A DNA stretch of 58,422 bases from Gammaproteobacteria bacterium (lineage in GTDB: Bacteria > Pseudomonadota > Gammaproteobacteria > Arenicellales > Poriferihabitantaceae): positions 1 to 58,422 of the forward strand of contig WTGA01000170.1 in assembly GCA_011523765.1 (NCBI GenBank), read 5' to 3'. Below the pieces are notes generated by a model. It did not search any database and was not told where the DNA came from. It saw only the letters and a program-made list of their open reading frames with translations. Shown piece by piece: positions 36,839 to 46,838 of this stretch (positions are counted from its first letter, which is position 1; every line of letters begins with the position of its first letter). The position numbers and the translations under genes were made by a program.

Positions 36839-38686
36839 CTACGTGCTGAGGGGCCTGTCCGGGTCTTCGAGGTTGTCTGCTTCGGCCTGATCTGCTTCGG
36901 CCTGATCTGCTTCGGCCTGATCTGCTTCCAGTGTCTGTTCAAGTTGTTCTCTTGCACTGTTCGCGATATTGATCAGGGCTTTTTCGTCATGGCGATTGTC
37001 CACTTGCTGACGAAGGGTTGCGATATCATGCTGGGTGTAGGTTTTGGACAGCCTGTCAATCTTGTGCTGGTCAAATCCAAGCATCTCCAGCGTTGCCTTT
37101 CCCATCTCCAATGCGGAAAAGAATGATTCCCGGGTAACGCTCTCGACACCGTTGTCGATCAGATGCATGGCATGACCCCGATCATAGGCACGGGCAATGA
37201 TTTTCAAATTGGGAAAATCCTTCTGAATCATTTCCACCGCCTGGTTGATGGATTCCTTTCCATTGCCGGACAGGATAATCAGGCGGGCCTGGTTCGCACC
37301 GACCGAATGCAGTACATCCTGCCGCAGAACATCCCCATAGTAGGTTTTGTAACCGAATCGCCTGACCCGTTCAATTTGGTCCGGGTCATTGTCAATGATG
37401 GTCGGGTGGATATCGTTGACGTGCAGCATCCGGCCGATCACCTGTCCGAATCGGCCAAACCCGACCAGGATCACATCATTGCCTTCGTCAATCATCTCAT
37501 TCACGGGTTCGTCGACGGATGTCCGGTAACGAGGTTCGATAAACCGGTCATTGAGAATGACCAGGATTGGAGTCAGCACCATGGACATCGCGATGACCAG
37601 GATCATCTGGTCTGCCAGAACCGGATTGATGGCGTTGGCCGTGACCGCAAATCCAAACAGAACAAAACCGAATTCACCGCTTTGGGACAGTAAAAATGAA
37701 AACAGTCCCCGCTGGCGGACCGGGATTTTCATCATCAGTGAAATCCCGTACAAAACCAGTGCTTTCACCAGGACCAGGCAAATTGTCAGGGTCAGGATGA
37801 GCAGCGGCTGTTCAATGAGCAGGCCGAAGTCGATAGACATGCCAACTGAAATGAAAAACAGTCCAAGCAACAGGCCCTTGAAAGGCTGAATGTCCGACTC
37901 CAGGGCATGCCGGTATTCGGAGTCGGCCAGGATGACGCCTGCTACAAACGCGCCGAGTGCCATGGAAACGCCGATGGAACTCATGATGGCGGCGACCCCT
38001 CCGACCAGCAAAAGGGAAAGCGCCGTAAAGATTTCCGGAACATGGGTGGCCGCTACAATTCTGAAGATGTGCCGCAATGCATACTTGCCGACCACAAAAA
38101 TTCCAATGATCACGGCGATGACTACCGGGGCGGACACGCCGCCACCGGCATGCGGAGCGTCCACGGCCCGGTCAGCCAGCAGGGGGATCAGTGCAATGAT
38201 GGGGATCACGGATATGTCCTGAAACAGCAGGATCGAGAATCCGGTATGGCCAAGAGGAGTGCGCATCAACCAGCGCTCGTTCATCATCTGCAGGGCAATG
38301 GCGGTGGAGGAGAGGGACAGTCCGAGACCGATCACGAGGGCAGTATTCCATTCCAGTCCCCATTGCCTTGCCAGCAAGGCGATGATGGCCGCAGTCAGCA
38401 CCACCTGCAACCCGCCTGCACCCAGGATGGGCCGGCGCATTCCCCACAGCTTTCTCGGTTCGAGTTCCAGCCCGATCAGAAACAGCAGGAGAACGACCCC
38501 GATTTCGGAGAAATGCAGGATATCCTGCACATTTCCAATCAATCCCAGGCCCCAGGGGCCGATGCAAACCCCCGCGACCACGTATCCCAGCACTGACCCC
38601 AGCCCCAGACGCGCGAACAGGGGCACCGCAATGACTGCAGCAGAAAGATAAACAATGAGATTAAACAGGAAACCGTGACTGTCCAT
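36839..38686 (-). CDS. kefC: Glutathione-regulated K+ efflux system (CPA2 antiporter with TrkA-N domain)
   Basis: Start set to ATG 38686 (MDSHGFLFNLIVYL...GLGSVLGYVVAGVCIGPWGLGL matches the E. coli KefC N-terminus as recalled). Rossmann motif VILVGFGRFGQVIG. I cannot distinguish KefB from KefC. Confidence 0.85.
   Translation of the reverse strand: MDSHGFLFNLIVYLSAAVIAVPLFARLGLGSVLGYVVAGVCIGPWGLGLIGNVQDILHFSEIGVVLLLFLIGLELEPRKLWGMRRPILGAGGLQVVLTAAIIALLARQWGLEWNTALVIGLGLSLSSTAIALQMMNERWLMRTPLGHTGFSILLFQDISVIPIIALIPLLADRAVDAPHAGGGVSAPVVIAVIIGIFVVGKYALRHIFRIVAATHVPEIFTALSLLLVGGVAAIMSSIGVSMALGAFVAGVILADSEYRHALESDIQPFKGLLLGLFFISVGMSIDFGLLIEQPLLILTLTICLVLVKALVLYGISLMMKIPVRQRGLFSFLLSQSGEFGFVLFGFAVTANAINPVLADQMILVIAMSMVLTPILVILNDRFIEPRYRTSVDEPVNEMIDEGNDVILVGFGRFGQVIGRMLHVNDIHPTIIDNDPDQIERVRRFGYKTYYGDVLRQDVLHSVGANQARLIILSGNGKESINQAVEMIQKDFPNLKIIARAYDRGHAMHLIDNGVESVTRESFFSALEMGKATLEMLGFDQHKIDRLSKTYTQHDIATLRQQVDNRHDEKALINIANSAREQLEQTLEADQAEADQAEADQAEADNLEDPDRPLST
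36876..36929. repeat. 15-bp in-frame tandem repeat (about 3.6 copies) in the 3' end of kefC
   Basis: TCTGCTTCGGCCTGA occurs at 36876, 36891 and 36906, with a partial copy at 36921. On the coding strand it encodes (EADQA)n near the C-terminus (LEADQAEADQAEADQAEADNLEDP). Confidence 0.9.
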
Positions 38687-38854
38687 TACTTCGAAATTCA
38701 AAATGCATCCGCGGGTATCTTACCATTTTCAGCGGCCGTTGATGACCGATTACGTTGTTTATGTGCTCCCAACACCGACTACGGTGTTTGCGGTTCCGGA
38801 TGATTTTGACTGATGCCATGGTTCACGACCGAAATTCTCTGTGCAGGGTATTGA

Positions 38855-40543
38855 TTATGCCGACTTGTGCGTTGGAATTGCTGCCGTGTCGATCCGCCTC
38901 CCCGCTCGGTGGCTTGTCTCCTGGGTATCCTGCAATATCAGGTCCGAGGCCTTTTCTGCAACCATGATGACCGGAGCATTGGTGTTGCCCGAGACGATCA
39001 CCGGAAAAACCGATGCATCCACGACGCGCAAACCGTTTGCACCATGCACCTTGAGCGAAGAGTCGACCACAAACGATTGCGGGTCCGGACCCATCCTGCA
39101 GGTACTGGTGGGATGGTAGACCGTCTCGCTTCTGTTTCGGATATCCTCAATGATTTCGGTTGCTGAATGGACGGCGGGGCCGGGGGTCATCTCCTCGTCG
39201 AGAATCCCCGACAGTGCACGGGTTTGGGACAGGCTGCGCAGGAATTCGAAGCCCTCCACCATTTCCTGGATGTCTTGTTCGGTGGACAGGTAGTTGGGCT
39301 GGATGCGGGGGTGGGTGAACGGGTCATTCGATCTGATTTGCAGATGCCCCTTGCTGGTAGGACGGCACTGGCTGAAAGCGTTCTGGAAGGCGGGATACGG
39401 GTCCGGCCGCATCAGGGGACGCTCCCCGGGTGGCGAGGTGACATAGGTCAGCGCTGCAAAATATATCTGCAGGTTCGGGCTGGTGCGCCCGGGACTGCTT
39501 CGGAAAAACCCCCCCGCCTGGTTGACACTCAAAGACAGGGGCCCCTGTCTGAACAGGAGATATTGCATTCCGGCCCACAACTTCCCCCACCAGGGAGCAA
39601 GCTGGTTGTTCAGGGTCGGGACCTTTGAACGGTAATAATGGGTATAGGCCAGGTGGTCCTGCAGGTTCTGACCCACGGCATCGTTTCCACAAAGGACCGG
39701 GATCCCGTGCTCCCTGAGCAACTTTTCCGGGCCGATGCCGGAAAGCTGCAGCAGTTGCGGTGAGTTGATGGCTCCGCCGCTCAGGATGACTTCCCGGTAT
39801 GCAAGCGCACGGACAAACCGGCCTTTTTTCACATACTCTACCCCGATGGCCCGATTGTTTTCAAACAGGATGCGGGTGACATGGGCACCGGTTTCCACCA
39901 TGCAGTTTTTTCTCTTCGCCGCCGGGCGGAGGTAGGCCCTGGAGGCGGACATGCGCAATCCGTCCTTGGTGGTGATCTGGTACAGCCCGGCGCCTTCCTG
40001 GGAAGCGCCGTTAAAATCCGGGTTGCAGGGGAGGCCGTATTCATTGGCTGCGGCAATGAATGTCTTGCACAAGGCATGGTAGTGCTCGCTCGCATCATTG
40101 ACATACAGCGGACCACTGTCCCCCCGGTAGGCATCCCCGCCCCTGGAATTCGTTTCCGCTTTTTTGAAATAGGGCAGCACATCGTTCCAACCCCAGTCGG
40201 GATTTCCCATGTCCCGCCAGGCATTGTAATCTTCCTTTTGGCCACGGATATAGACCATGGCATTGATCGAACTGGACCCGCCGGTAATTTTGCCTCGGGG
40301 CCAGTAGCTCACCCGGTTATTCAATCCGGCCTCGGGTTCGGTGAGGTACGCCCAGTTCACTTTTCGGTCGTAGAAGGTCTTTCCATAGCCGATGGGGACC
40401 TGGATCCAGAATTTCCGGTCATGGGGCCCGGCTTCCAGTACCAGCACATTGAATTTCCCGTTGCTGCTCAACCGGTTGGCCAGGACACAACCTGCGGAAC
40501 CGGCGCCCACGACAATGAAATCACAGGTATGGGAGGTTGCCAT
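38855..40543 (-). CDS. GMC-family FAD oxidoreductase (choline/alcohol dehydrogenase-like)
   Basis: Start ATG 40543. ADP-binding motif DFIVVGAGSAGCVLANRLS, GMC signature GGSSSINAMVYIRG, and C-terminal HPTSTCRMG active-site region. Confidence 0.8.
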   Translation of the reverse strand: MATSHTCDFIVVGAGSAGCVLANRLSSNGKFNVLVLEAGPHDRKFWIQVPIGYGKTFYDRKVNWAYLTEPEAGLNNRVSYWPRGKITGGSSSINAMVYIRGQKEDYNAWRDMGNPDWGWNDVLPYFKKAETNSRGGDAYRGDSGPLYVNDASEHYHALCKTFIAAANEYGLPCNPDFNGASQEGAGLYQITTKDGLRMSASRAYLRPAAKRKNCMVETGAHVTRILFENNRAIGVEYVKKGRFVRALAYREVILSGGAINSPQLLQLSGIGPEKLLREHGIPVLCGNDAVGQNLQDHLAYTHYYRSKVPTLNNQLAPWWGKLWAGMQYLLFRQGPLSLSVNQAGGFFRSSPGRTSPNLQIYFAALTYVTSPPGERPLMRPDPYPAFQNAFSQCRPTSKGHLQIRSNDPFTHPRIQPNYLSTEQDIQEMVEGFEFLRSLSQTRALSGILDEEMTPGPAVHSATEIIEDIRNRSETVYHPTSTCRMGPDPQSFVVDSSLKVHGANGLRVVDASVFPVIVSGNTNAPVIMVAEKASDLILQDTQETSHRAGRRIDTAAIPTHKSA

Positions 40544-40609
40544 TTCTGCAGAAGGGGGACGCATCACAATTCCCGGGCCCGCCTGGAAATCCCGAACCCG
40601 GAAAAATAT

Positions 40610-41203
40610 TTATTGTCGTATCCCTTCCACGACCAGGTAAATTTCCACGTCTCCCACCCACCCCGGAAATCCATATTCCGCGGAATCAAGGATGGTGGCG
40701 CCTTCGAGCCCGCGCCGGTATCCGCCCCATGGGTCGTCGCCATGGCCGATGTGCCGGACATCGATCGTAACGGGTCGGGTGACACCGTGGAGCGATAATT
40801 CCCCGGTCAGCTTCCCGGTGCCATCGTCGGCCTGTTCGAAGGAAGTGCTGTCAAACGTAATGCCTGGGTACCGGTCCACGTTGAAAAAGTCTTCGCTGCG
40901 AAGATGTTTGTCCCGCTCCGCATGATTGGTATCGATGCTGGTGGCGTCAATGGCGATGTTGACCCGTGCCTGGGACGGGTCGGCTTCATCGTAGCTGAAC
41001 GTCCCTTCAAATTCGTTGAAGCGCCCCATCACGAAGGAATACCCGAGGTGGGAGGCCTTGAACAGGATGAAAGCGTGGTCTTTTGCGGTATCAATCAGGA
41101 AATCCTCGGCAATGGCCTGGTTTTGCAGAAAACCGAGACCGAGCAGGAAAAGGATCAACAGGCGCATTGGTTTCATGGGTCGTTCCGGTGTCGTGTGTTT
41201 CAT
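40610..41203 (-). CDS. yceI: YceI-family periplasmic protein
   Basis: Signal peptide MKPMRLLILFLLGLGFLQNQAIA (an alternative start at 41176 is possible). YceI-domain motifs HLGYSFVMGRFNEFEGTFSYD and HAERDKHLRSEDFFNVDRYP. Confidence 0.8.
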   Translation of the reverse strand: MKHTTPERPMKPMRLLILFLLGLGFLQNQAIAEDFLIDTAKDHAFILFKASHLGYSFVMGRFNEFEGTFSYDEADPSQARVNIAIDATSIDTNHAERDKHLRSEDFFNVDRYPGITFDSTSFEQADDGTGKLTGELSLHGVTRPVTIDVRHIGHGDDPWGGYRRGLEGATILDSAEYGFPGWVGDVEIYLVVEGIRQ

Positions 41204-41298
41204 TATATCAATTCCGGTTGTTGTTCTGTTTCACAGGGGCTCCGAAATGGCAGGGGCTGGCTTTACGACACAGTAGCCCTGTCATGCTGACCCTGTCA

Positions 41299-41346
41299 AG
41301 AAAAAAAGAAAACCGGGCCCGTCGGGGAACCGCAGGCTGGTGCCCG
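41299..41346 (-). terminator. Possible intrinsic terminator after the Bat-type operon
   Basis: On the minus strand, a CCGGGC...GCCCGG stem is followed directly by TTTTCTTTTTTTC. The loop is long (about 23 nt), so folding is uncertain. Confidence 0.4.
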
Positions 41347-41360
41347 GCGGGAATCCGGGT

Positions 41361-43115
41361 TTACCGCGGATACAGTAGGGGCAGCCCGGGACGGTCCGGG
41401 CTGCGATACTCCGACATTTTTTCGGGCAGCCCGGCGAGGATTCGCTCCAGGCGGTTGCCTTGCCATGGTGTCCCTTCCACGCCGCTTCGGGGGTCATGGT
41501 ACAGGCACCGGTCCAGTCTGGAGAGTTCTTCGGCCAACTCGACGGATCCCATGCGCATCGAGAATTCATCCAGCGAGCGGGGCGGGGAATACGGCCACAA
41601 CGCCCTGGACCATTGCCGTACCAGCTGTCGTGCCGACGCGGCATCGTTGTCTCGGCATGCCTGCTGCAGGTTGCGTTTCAGGGTTTTGGAGGTTTCCGAC
41701 ACGGCGCTTTTCCCATCCGGGGCCGGGGGAGGCACAACGGGGTTTCTGGTTCTCAACAGGTACACGGTGGTCAGTATCCATCCGACCAGTACGAAGATGC
41801 TGATCCAGCGCCATCGGCGACTGTCCGCCTGGTCACCATCCGTTCGCACGGGCTCCAGCAGTGCAGGGGACCCCGTTGCGGACCGTTCCGACGGGAAACG
41901 GGGTGGTTCTGCAAGAGCGGTGGAGGTCAGGGCCGGGTCGGGATGGGCCCGAATGGTCTTCGGGGGAAGCACGGCGGTCTCCATCCGGTTGCTTTCCGTG
42001 TTCCACCAGTGGACTTCGATCCCGGGCAGTTCGATTTCCCCTTCGTTCAATGCGATGATGGCGATGTTTCTGGACAACGAGCTGACCATGTTCCTGCCAT
42101 CGTCACGGGAATGGTAAACGGGTCTGTCGGGGTATTGCCGGACCGCCCGGTTTGTCGGGAAAACGATTTCGGGCAGCTGTTCCGCAGTGAGGCCAACGGC
42201 ATTCATTTCAATTTTCCTGGTGACCGCCTGCCCAACGGTCACGGTCCCGTAATCGCCGGTTTGATCCAGAATCTGGAGGTTTTTGGCCGGCAGCCACTGG
42301 GAACCGCTGAAGGCCGGGTCGGGTGGATTGATTTTCAGGGTGACGGGTCGGGATTTTGCCCGGACCCGTTTGCCCTGATTCAGGAACCCGCTGAACAGCG
42401 GGTTGGCGTCGGTTCCCGTATCCTGTGCAATGCCCTGGAACCGGATGGGGGAGATTTCAAGCATCCCGCTTCGGGATGGAAAGAGTGCATACTCCCGTTC
42501 GATCACCTGGTAGACGCGGTTTCCCCGTTTGCCCTGGTATCGTACATCCTGCCCCAGTCTTTCGACCACCACATCCGCCGCTTCGGGCTCTGACAATGTG
42601 CCATCGGCAATATTGATACCGAGAAACAGGCGGATGACAAGGTTGATCTGCTGCTGGACATAATACTCGGCTTCATCGACTTCCAGTTCAACATGGATGT
42701 CCCGGTCGGACAGGGTCGGGTCGGCATCCTGTGGCAGGACCGTGACCTCCAGCATCGGGGTCTGGTCCCCGCCGACCGCGATGGGGGCGATGGTAAAGGT
42801 CCCTTCCGCTTTCGGTTCAAGCTCGGTGACCCAGCTTTTGATCGAGGTCTGCTGGCCGTTCAGGAAAGTAATCTGCTGGCTGGAGGATGTGCCAAGGACG
42901 GTGAAATCCTCGCCAAGGGCGGAATAGTCCGGCTGGACACCGTTGTTTCCGGCCTGATTCGATTCGATGATCAGCCGAACGGTCTGATCCAGATAAATGG
43001 TGTCGCGTTCCAGCCTTGCCGTGACTTCTGCCGTGGCACTGAGCGGGGAACATAACATTCCCGCCACCAGGGCTGCAGGCCAGTGCCGGGTTAACAGGGG
43101 GTTCAATTTCACCAT
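41361..43115 (-). CDS. BatD-like protein (signal peptide, C-terminal TM)
   Basis: 584 aa. Signal sequence ends SATA/EV, and a late TM segment (WRWISIFVLVGWILTTVYLL) is present. It is the last gene after the two VWA proteins, as in Bat operons. The call rests on architecture and context. Confidence 0.55.
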   Translation of the reverse strand: MVKLNPLLTRHWPAALVAGMLCSPLSATAEVTARLERDTIYLDQTVRLIIESNQAGNNGVQPDYSALGEDFTVLGTSSSQQITFLNGQQTSIKSWVTELEPKAEGTFTIAPIAVGGDQTPMLEVTVLPQDADPTLSDRDIHVELEVDEAEYYVQQQINLVIRLFLGINIADGTLSEPEAADVVVERLGQDVRYQGKRGNRVYQVIEREYALFPSRSGMLEISPIRFQGIAQDTGTDANPLFSGFLNQGKRVRAKSRPVTLKINPPDPAFSGSQWLPAKNLQILDQTGDYGTVTVGQAVTRKIEMNAVGLTAEQLPEIVFPTNRAVRQYPDRPVYHSRDDGRNMVSSLSRNIAIIALNEGEIELPGIEVHWWNTESNRMETAVLPPKTIRAHPDPALTSTALAEPPRFPSERSATGSPALLEPVRTDGDQADSRRWRWISIFVLVGWILTTVYLLRTRNPVVPPPAPDGKSAVSETSKTLKRNLQQACRDNDAASARQLVRQWSRALWPYSPPRSLDEFSMRMGSVELAEELSRLDRCLYHDPRSGVEGTPWQGNRLERILAGLPEKMSEYRSPDRPGLPLLYPR

Positions 43116-44902
43116 GGATTGGTCTTCGGCTGTGGCGGCCTTCTCGAATATTGATACGCAAATTTTCGGCGCAGCAATCCCCCCGGGTCATCCGGAATTC
43201 GCTGCAGCCACTGGTTCAGCGCCTGTTCCTCTTCACCCATTGGGATTTCCCCCGTTTCCCTTGCAGGTTCATCGGATTGGGCCAGCGGCCCCGGGTCGAT
43301 TTGCTGTTTTTCCGGATTTTGCCGATCAGGCCTAAACGGGTTCAGCCCGGCCTCCTGGTTTTCTGTATCGGGCTCCCGGCTATTTGGCTCCTCGCCATCG
43401 TCAGACTGGCCGGGTTGGTCACTGCCAGCCCTGCCCATCGGGTCCTGGTTGCCGGAATGGGCCCGGGGGTTGGACGGTTCATCGCTCCGGTCTCCCGGGT
43501 TGTCCTGTTTTTCCTGGTTGGACAAGAGTGTTTCGATCAATGCCTTGTTGAAGCGGGCATCTTCAAAGTCAGGGTCCAGGTCCAGTGCCGCATTGTAGGC
43601 CTCCAGGGACTCTTCCAGGGAATGGTTCTTTGCCAGTGCATTTCCGTGGTTGTAGTACGTCAGGGCATCCTTGTCTTCGATGGATGAATAGGCCTCCAGG
43701 GCACCGGGATAATCGCCTCGACGGTACCTGGCCGCCCCGAGCCAGCCGGCCGGGGCATGACCGGGAATTTTGTCGTAGTCCCCGTTTTTGAGATTTCGGG
43801 CGTATTGTTGGTCCGCCCGCAGCCAAAGGTCATCCCAGTCCATGGCAACGGCCGGCGGGGGGGAAAGTGGCAGGACCACCAAAAGAACAGCCAGTACCCA
43901 GCCGCGTCGAAAGCTCATGGCGCACAGGCACAATAGTGGCAGGATCAGCCAGAAACCATTGTCGATCCAGCGGTCTGTGTGGAGGACATCGGAATGGTTG
44001 TCGGGCAGCCATGGCGGGCTGCGGTCCAGGCTGGCCACCGGTCCCCGTGGTGCGGTGAGCAGGTCGATGTCGCGGTTATCGGAGGACAGGGTTGAAAATC
44101 TGCCGTTGCCGGATTGCGAGATCCTTTTCAGGTAATCGAGGTCCACGGCCGGTATGACGATGCTGCCCCGGGCGTCCTTGAGCAGTTCGCCACTGGCAAG
44201 GACCACGGGCGCGCCTTCCGGTGTTCCGGTTGCCAGCACGGACACCGTATGGCCGTGAGAGGCTATTTTTCGGGCGATTTCCCCGGTATCCGGGTTTGCC
44301 CCGTCGGCAACCAGAATGATCTCTCCATGGCGAATGCTGGCATTGACCAGCAGGGATTCGGCGAGACGCAGTCCCAGGTCGGTCCGGCTGCCCTGTACCG
44401 GTACGGTGTCGGTGTCCAGGTTCGGGACCAGATTCAGCAAGGTATCCGAATCGTCCGTCAGCGGTGTGACCACGAATGCATCGCCGGCAAATACCACCAG
44501 TCCATGCGGGATACCCGGGGCGGCGGTAACCAGGTCCGCGATTTTGTAGCGCGCCCTCTGCAAACGGCTGGGCCTGAGGTCCGTACTGTCCATGGAGCGG
44601 GACAGGTCAAAGACCAGGACCTTGCCTCCCGGAGTGTGGTGCAGGGATTGTGGTGCTCTCTCCCAGCTCGGCCCGGCCAGCGCCAGGGAGGCCAGTACCC
44701 AGGCACAGGCAAGGCCCAGAATTGGAATTCTGCTCTGTTTCGGTGCCTGACCGACCAGCAGATGTCCCAGCAGGTGGGCATCACAGACCCGGTTCCAGGC
44801 CGAAACGGTGGAGAACCGGGTCCACAGCAAAGCGCACAAGGCCAGTCCAACCGGTGCAACGAGAAGATACAGGGGACGCAGGAAATGAAAGTGGTCGATC
44901 AT
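43109..44902 (-). CDS. VWA-domain plus TPR protein (BatB/BatC-like) with acidic low-complexity tail
   Basis: Start ATG 44902 (ATGA overlap with the upstream stop). N-terminal TM segments, MIDAS motif DLSRSMDSTD, TPR-like YNHGNALAKNHSLEESLEAYNAALDLDPDF, then a D/E/Q/P-rich tail. Confidence 0.65.
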   Translation of the reverse strand: MIDHFHFLRPLYLLVAPVGLALCALLWTRFSTVSAWNRVCDAHLLGHLLVGQAPKQSRIPILGLACAWVLASLALAGPSWERAPQSLHHTPGGKVLVFDLSRSMDSTDLRPSRLQRARYKIADLVTAAPGIPHGLVVFAGDAFVVTPLTDDSDTLLNLVPNLDTDTVPVQGSRTDLGLRLAESLLVNASIRHGEIILVADGANPDTGEIARKIASHGHTVSVLATGTPEGAPVVLASGELLKDARGSIVIPAVDLDYLKRISQSGNGRFSTLSSDNRDIDLLTAPRGPVASLDRSPPWLPDNHSDVLHTDRWIDNGFWLILPLLCLCAMSFRRGWVLAVLLVVLPLSPPPAVAMDWDDLWLRADQQYARNLKNGDYDKIPGHAPAGWLGAARYRRGDYPGALEAYSSIEDKDALTYYNHGNALAKNHSLEESLEAYNAALDLDPDFEDARFNKALIETLLSNQEKQDNPGDRSDEPSNPRAHSGNQDPMGRAGSDQPGQSDDGEEPNSREPDTENQEAGLNPFRPDRQNPEKQQIDPGPLAQSDEPARETGEIPMGEEEQALNQWLQRIPDDPGGLLRRKFAYQYSRRPPQPKTNPW

Positions 44903-45942
44903 GTTCTGGGGCTGCCCCGGGTTTTGAAACTGGAAAACGGCTGCCACAGGATTTCAGGCAGGCCGATGGAAAGGAAGCCCAGCACCAGCGCCACCAGGGA
45001 AGCGCAAGCAAGGGGCAGGTGGAATAATTCGGTAACTGGCCTGAGGAATTTCGATTCATCCTGGACCGGTTCAAGCTTGTCGATGATATCGTAGATCTGT
45101 TCCAGGGAATCACCATCCCGCGCGCGAAAATATCTCCCGGCGGTTGCCCGGGCCATTGAGACCAGGGTCTCTTCATCCAGGTCCGAGGAAGGATTGAGAA
45201 GCCGTTGTCCAAACAGGCGGTTGACCATGGACGGGTCGGCGCCGACTCCGATGGTATAAATCTTCAGGCCGGCCGACTGCGCCAGTTGTGCGGCCTGCAG
45301 CGGCTCCATAATGCCTGCGGTATTGGCTCCGTCCGTCAGCAGAATGAGTACGTTGTCAGTATCCGCCCGGTCCGGGTGCGGATCACGCAGGCGTTTGATC
45401 GCCAGTCCCACCGCATCGCCAATGGCGGTTTTCCTGCCTGCGATTCCGATCACGGCCTCCTGTAAAAAGGTGTTCACGGTTTTCCGGTCAAAACTGAGCG
45501 GTGTCTGCAGATAGGCCTGGGAACCAAACAGGATCAAGCCAATCCGGTCACCGGTACGTCTTTCAATGAACTCCTGTGCGACCAGTTTGACCGCGGTCAC
45601 CCGGTCCACCAGTTCGTCTTCGATCAGCATATCCCTGGTTTTCATGCTTTCCGAGATATCGACGGCCAGCATCAGGTCCCTGCCACTGACCGTGATGGGC
45701 TGGGTTTCTCCCACCCATTGCGGTCTGGCGGCGGCACACAACAGCAAGCACCAAATGAGGGCCATCGTCAGCGTCTTCAGGGCGCCGGGTCCTTTCCGCC
45801 GGTTTTCGGACAGCCTGGAAATCGGTTCGTAAAAGGGAACGCGCAGGGCAGCCTGGCCGGTTTTTGCGGCCGGGAAAACCCGGTACACCAGGGCGGGGAC
45901 CGGCAAAAGCAAAAACATCCAGGGCCAGGCAAACGAAAACAT
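44899..45942 (-). CDS. VWA-domain membrane protein (BatA-like)
   Basis: 347 aa. N-terminal MFSFAWPWMFLLLPVPALV, MIDAS motif DISESMKTRD, and a C-terminal TM segment. Confidence 0.75.
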   Translation of the reverse strand: MFSFAWPWMFLLLPVPALVYRVFPAAKTGQAALRVPFYEPISRLSENRRKGPGALKTLTMALIWCLLLCAAARPQWVGETQPITVSGRDLMLAVDISESMKTRDMLIEDELVDRVTAVKLVAQEFIERRTGDRIGLILFGSQAYLQTPLSFDRKTVNTFLQEAVIGIAGRKTAIGDAVGLAIKRLRDPHPDRADTDNVLILLTDGANTAGIMEPLQAAQLAQSAGLKIYTIGVGADPSMVNRLFGQRLLNPSSDLDEETLVSMARATAGRYFRARDGDSLEQIYDIIDKLEPVQDESKFLRPVTELFHLPLACASLVALVLGFLSIGLPEILWQPFSSFKTRGSPRT

Positions 45943-46418
45943 CAGACTTTTTGGACCCAGGCAATGAGAAGCCGCTTCAATGCTTCCAGGTCAACGTCGA
46001 CCCGGGAAGCATACTGGTCCTGCCCGAATACCCGGCCAGGGCCCTGGGTGAAGGATACCTGGCTGTCCGTTGAGTGATCGAGAAACTGCAGCCAAGCGGT
46101 GCCGTGCAGCCCGGATACGGTATCACGGCCGAATTTGTGGATGGCGTATTGGCGCATGAGCCCGGACATTTCACGGACTCTCTCGAGTTTCAACGGCATT
46201 TGCTCGGTGTGGGTGTCCAGGCGCATCAAATCCGCCTGGAAGGTACGCTTCGGCAGAGTCCGTTTCCGGATTCTCCTCATGAGCCATGCCAGCCATGCCG
46301 CCATCAATATCAACACGATTCCCGCAAGCCACCATCCGGGGGCGGGCGGCCACAGCGCCGGATCAGAGGGAAGGTGGATGTCCCTGAGTTCAGACAGCGG
46401 GTTGGCTACCTCTTCCAT
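45942..46418 (-). CDS. DUF4381-like small membrane protein
   Basis: 158 aa. WPPAPGWWLAGIVLILMAAWLAWLMRRIRKR is the pattern I associate with DUF4381 proteins that precede BatA. Its stop overlaps the batA-like start. Confidence 0.55.
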   Translation of the reverse strand: MEEVANPLSELRDIHLPSDPALWPPAPGWWLAGIVLILMAAWLAWLMRRIRKRTLPKRTFQADLMRLDTHTEQMPLKLERVREMSGLMRQYAIHKFGRDTVSGLHGTAWLQFLDHSTDSQVSFTQGPGRVFGQDQYASRVDVDLEALKRLLIAWVQKV

Positions 46419-46838
46419 TGCAGAACCATAAACCGGAAAGTTGCTTTAGTCACCACTTCGTATTTTAGCCTGTCGTGGTACTGATTTCGACCGGCCGTTG
46501 GATGGATTGTGGGAGCGGGCAGTCCGGGATGCCTGCATCGTGTTCAGCCATCATCCCGTCCGCACGGCGGAGAAGGGCAGGGACTCTTTTCACGGGTATC
46601 GGGCCGTCAGTCATCGTGATGCTTCCGTTTCTCTCCATAGCCCCGGGGGAGAATCGCGTTGACGGTATCGGGCTGAAACGGGTGGCGGCCGGCATGGGAA
46701 GGGGTATTCACTGCCAGCGAAATCAGGATACTATCGCTGTGTGGGGAAAGAACCCTGTTGAGTTGAAATCGGCGCGCGGCTGGCGCAGTGTCGCTTCCGG
46801 GGGTCGATGAACCCCCCGGACCCATCCAGACTGAGCCA

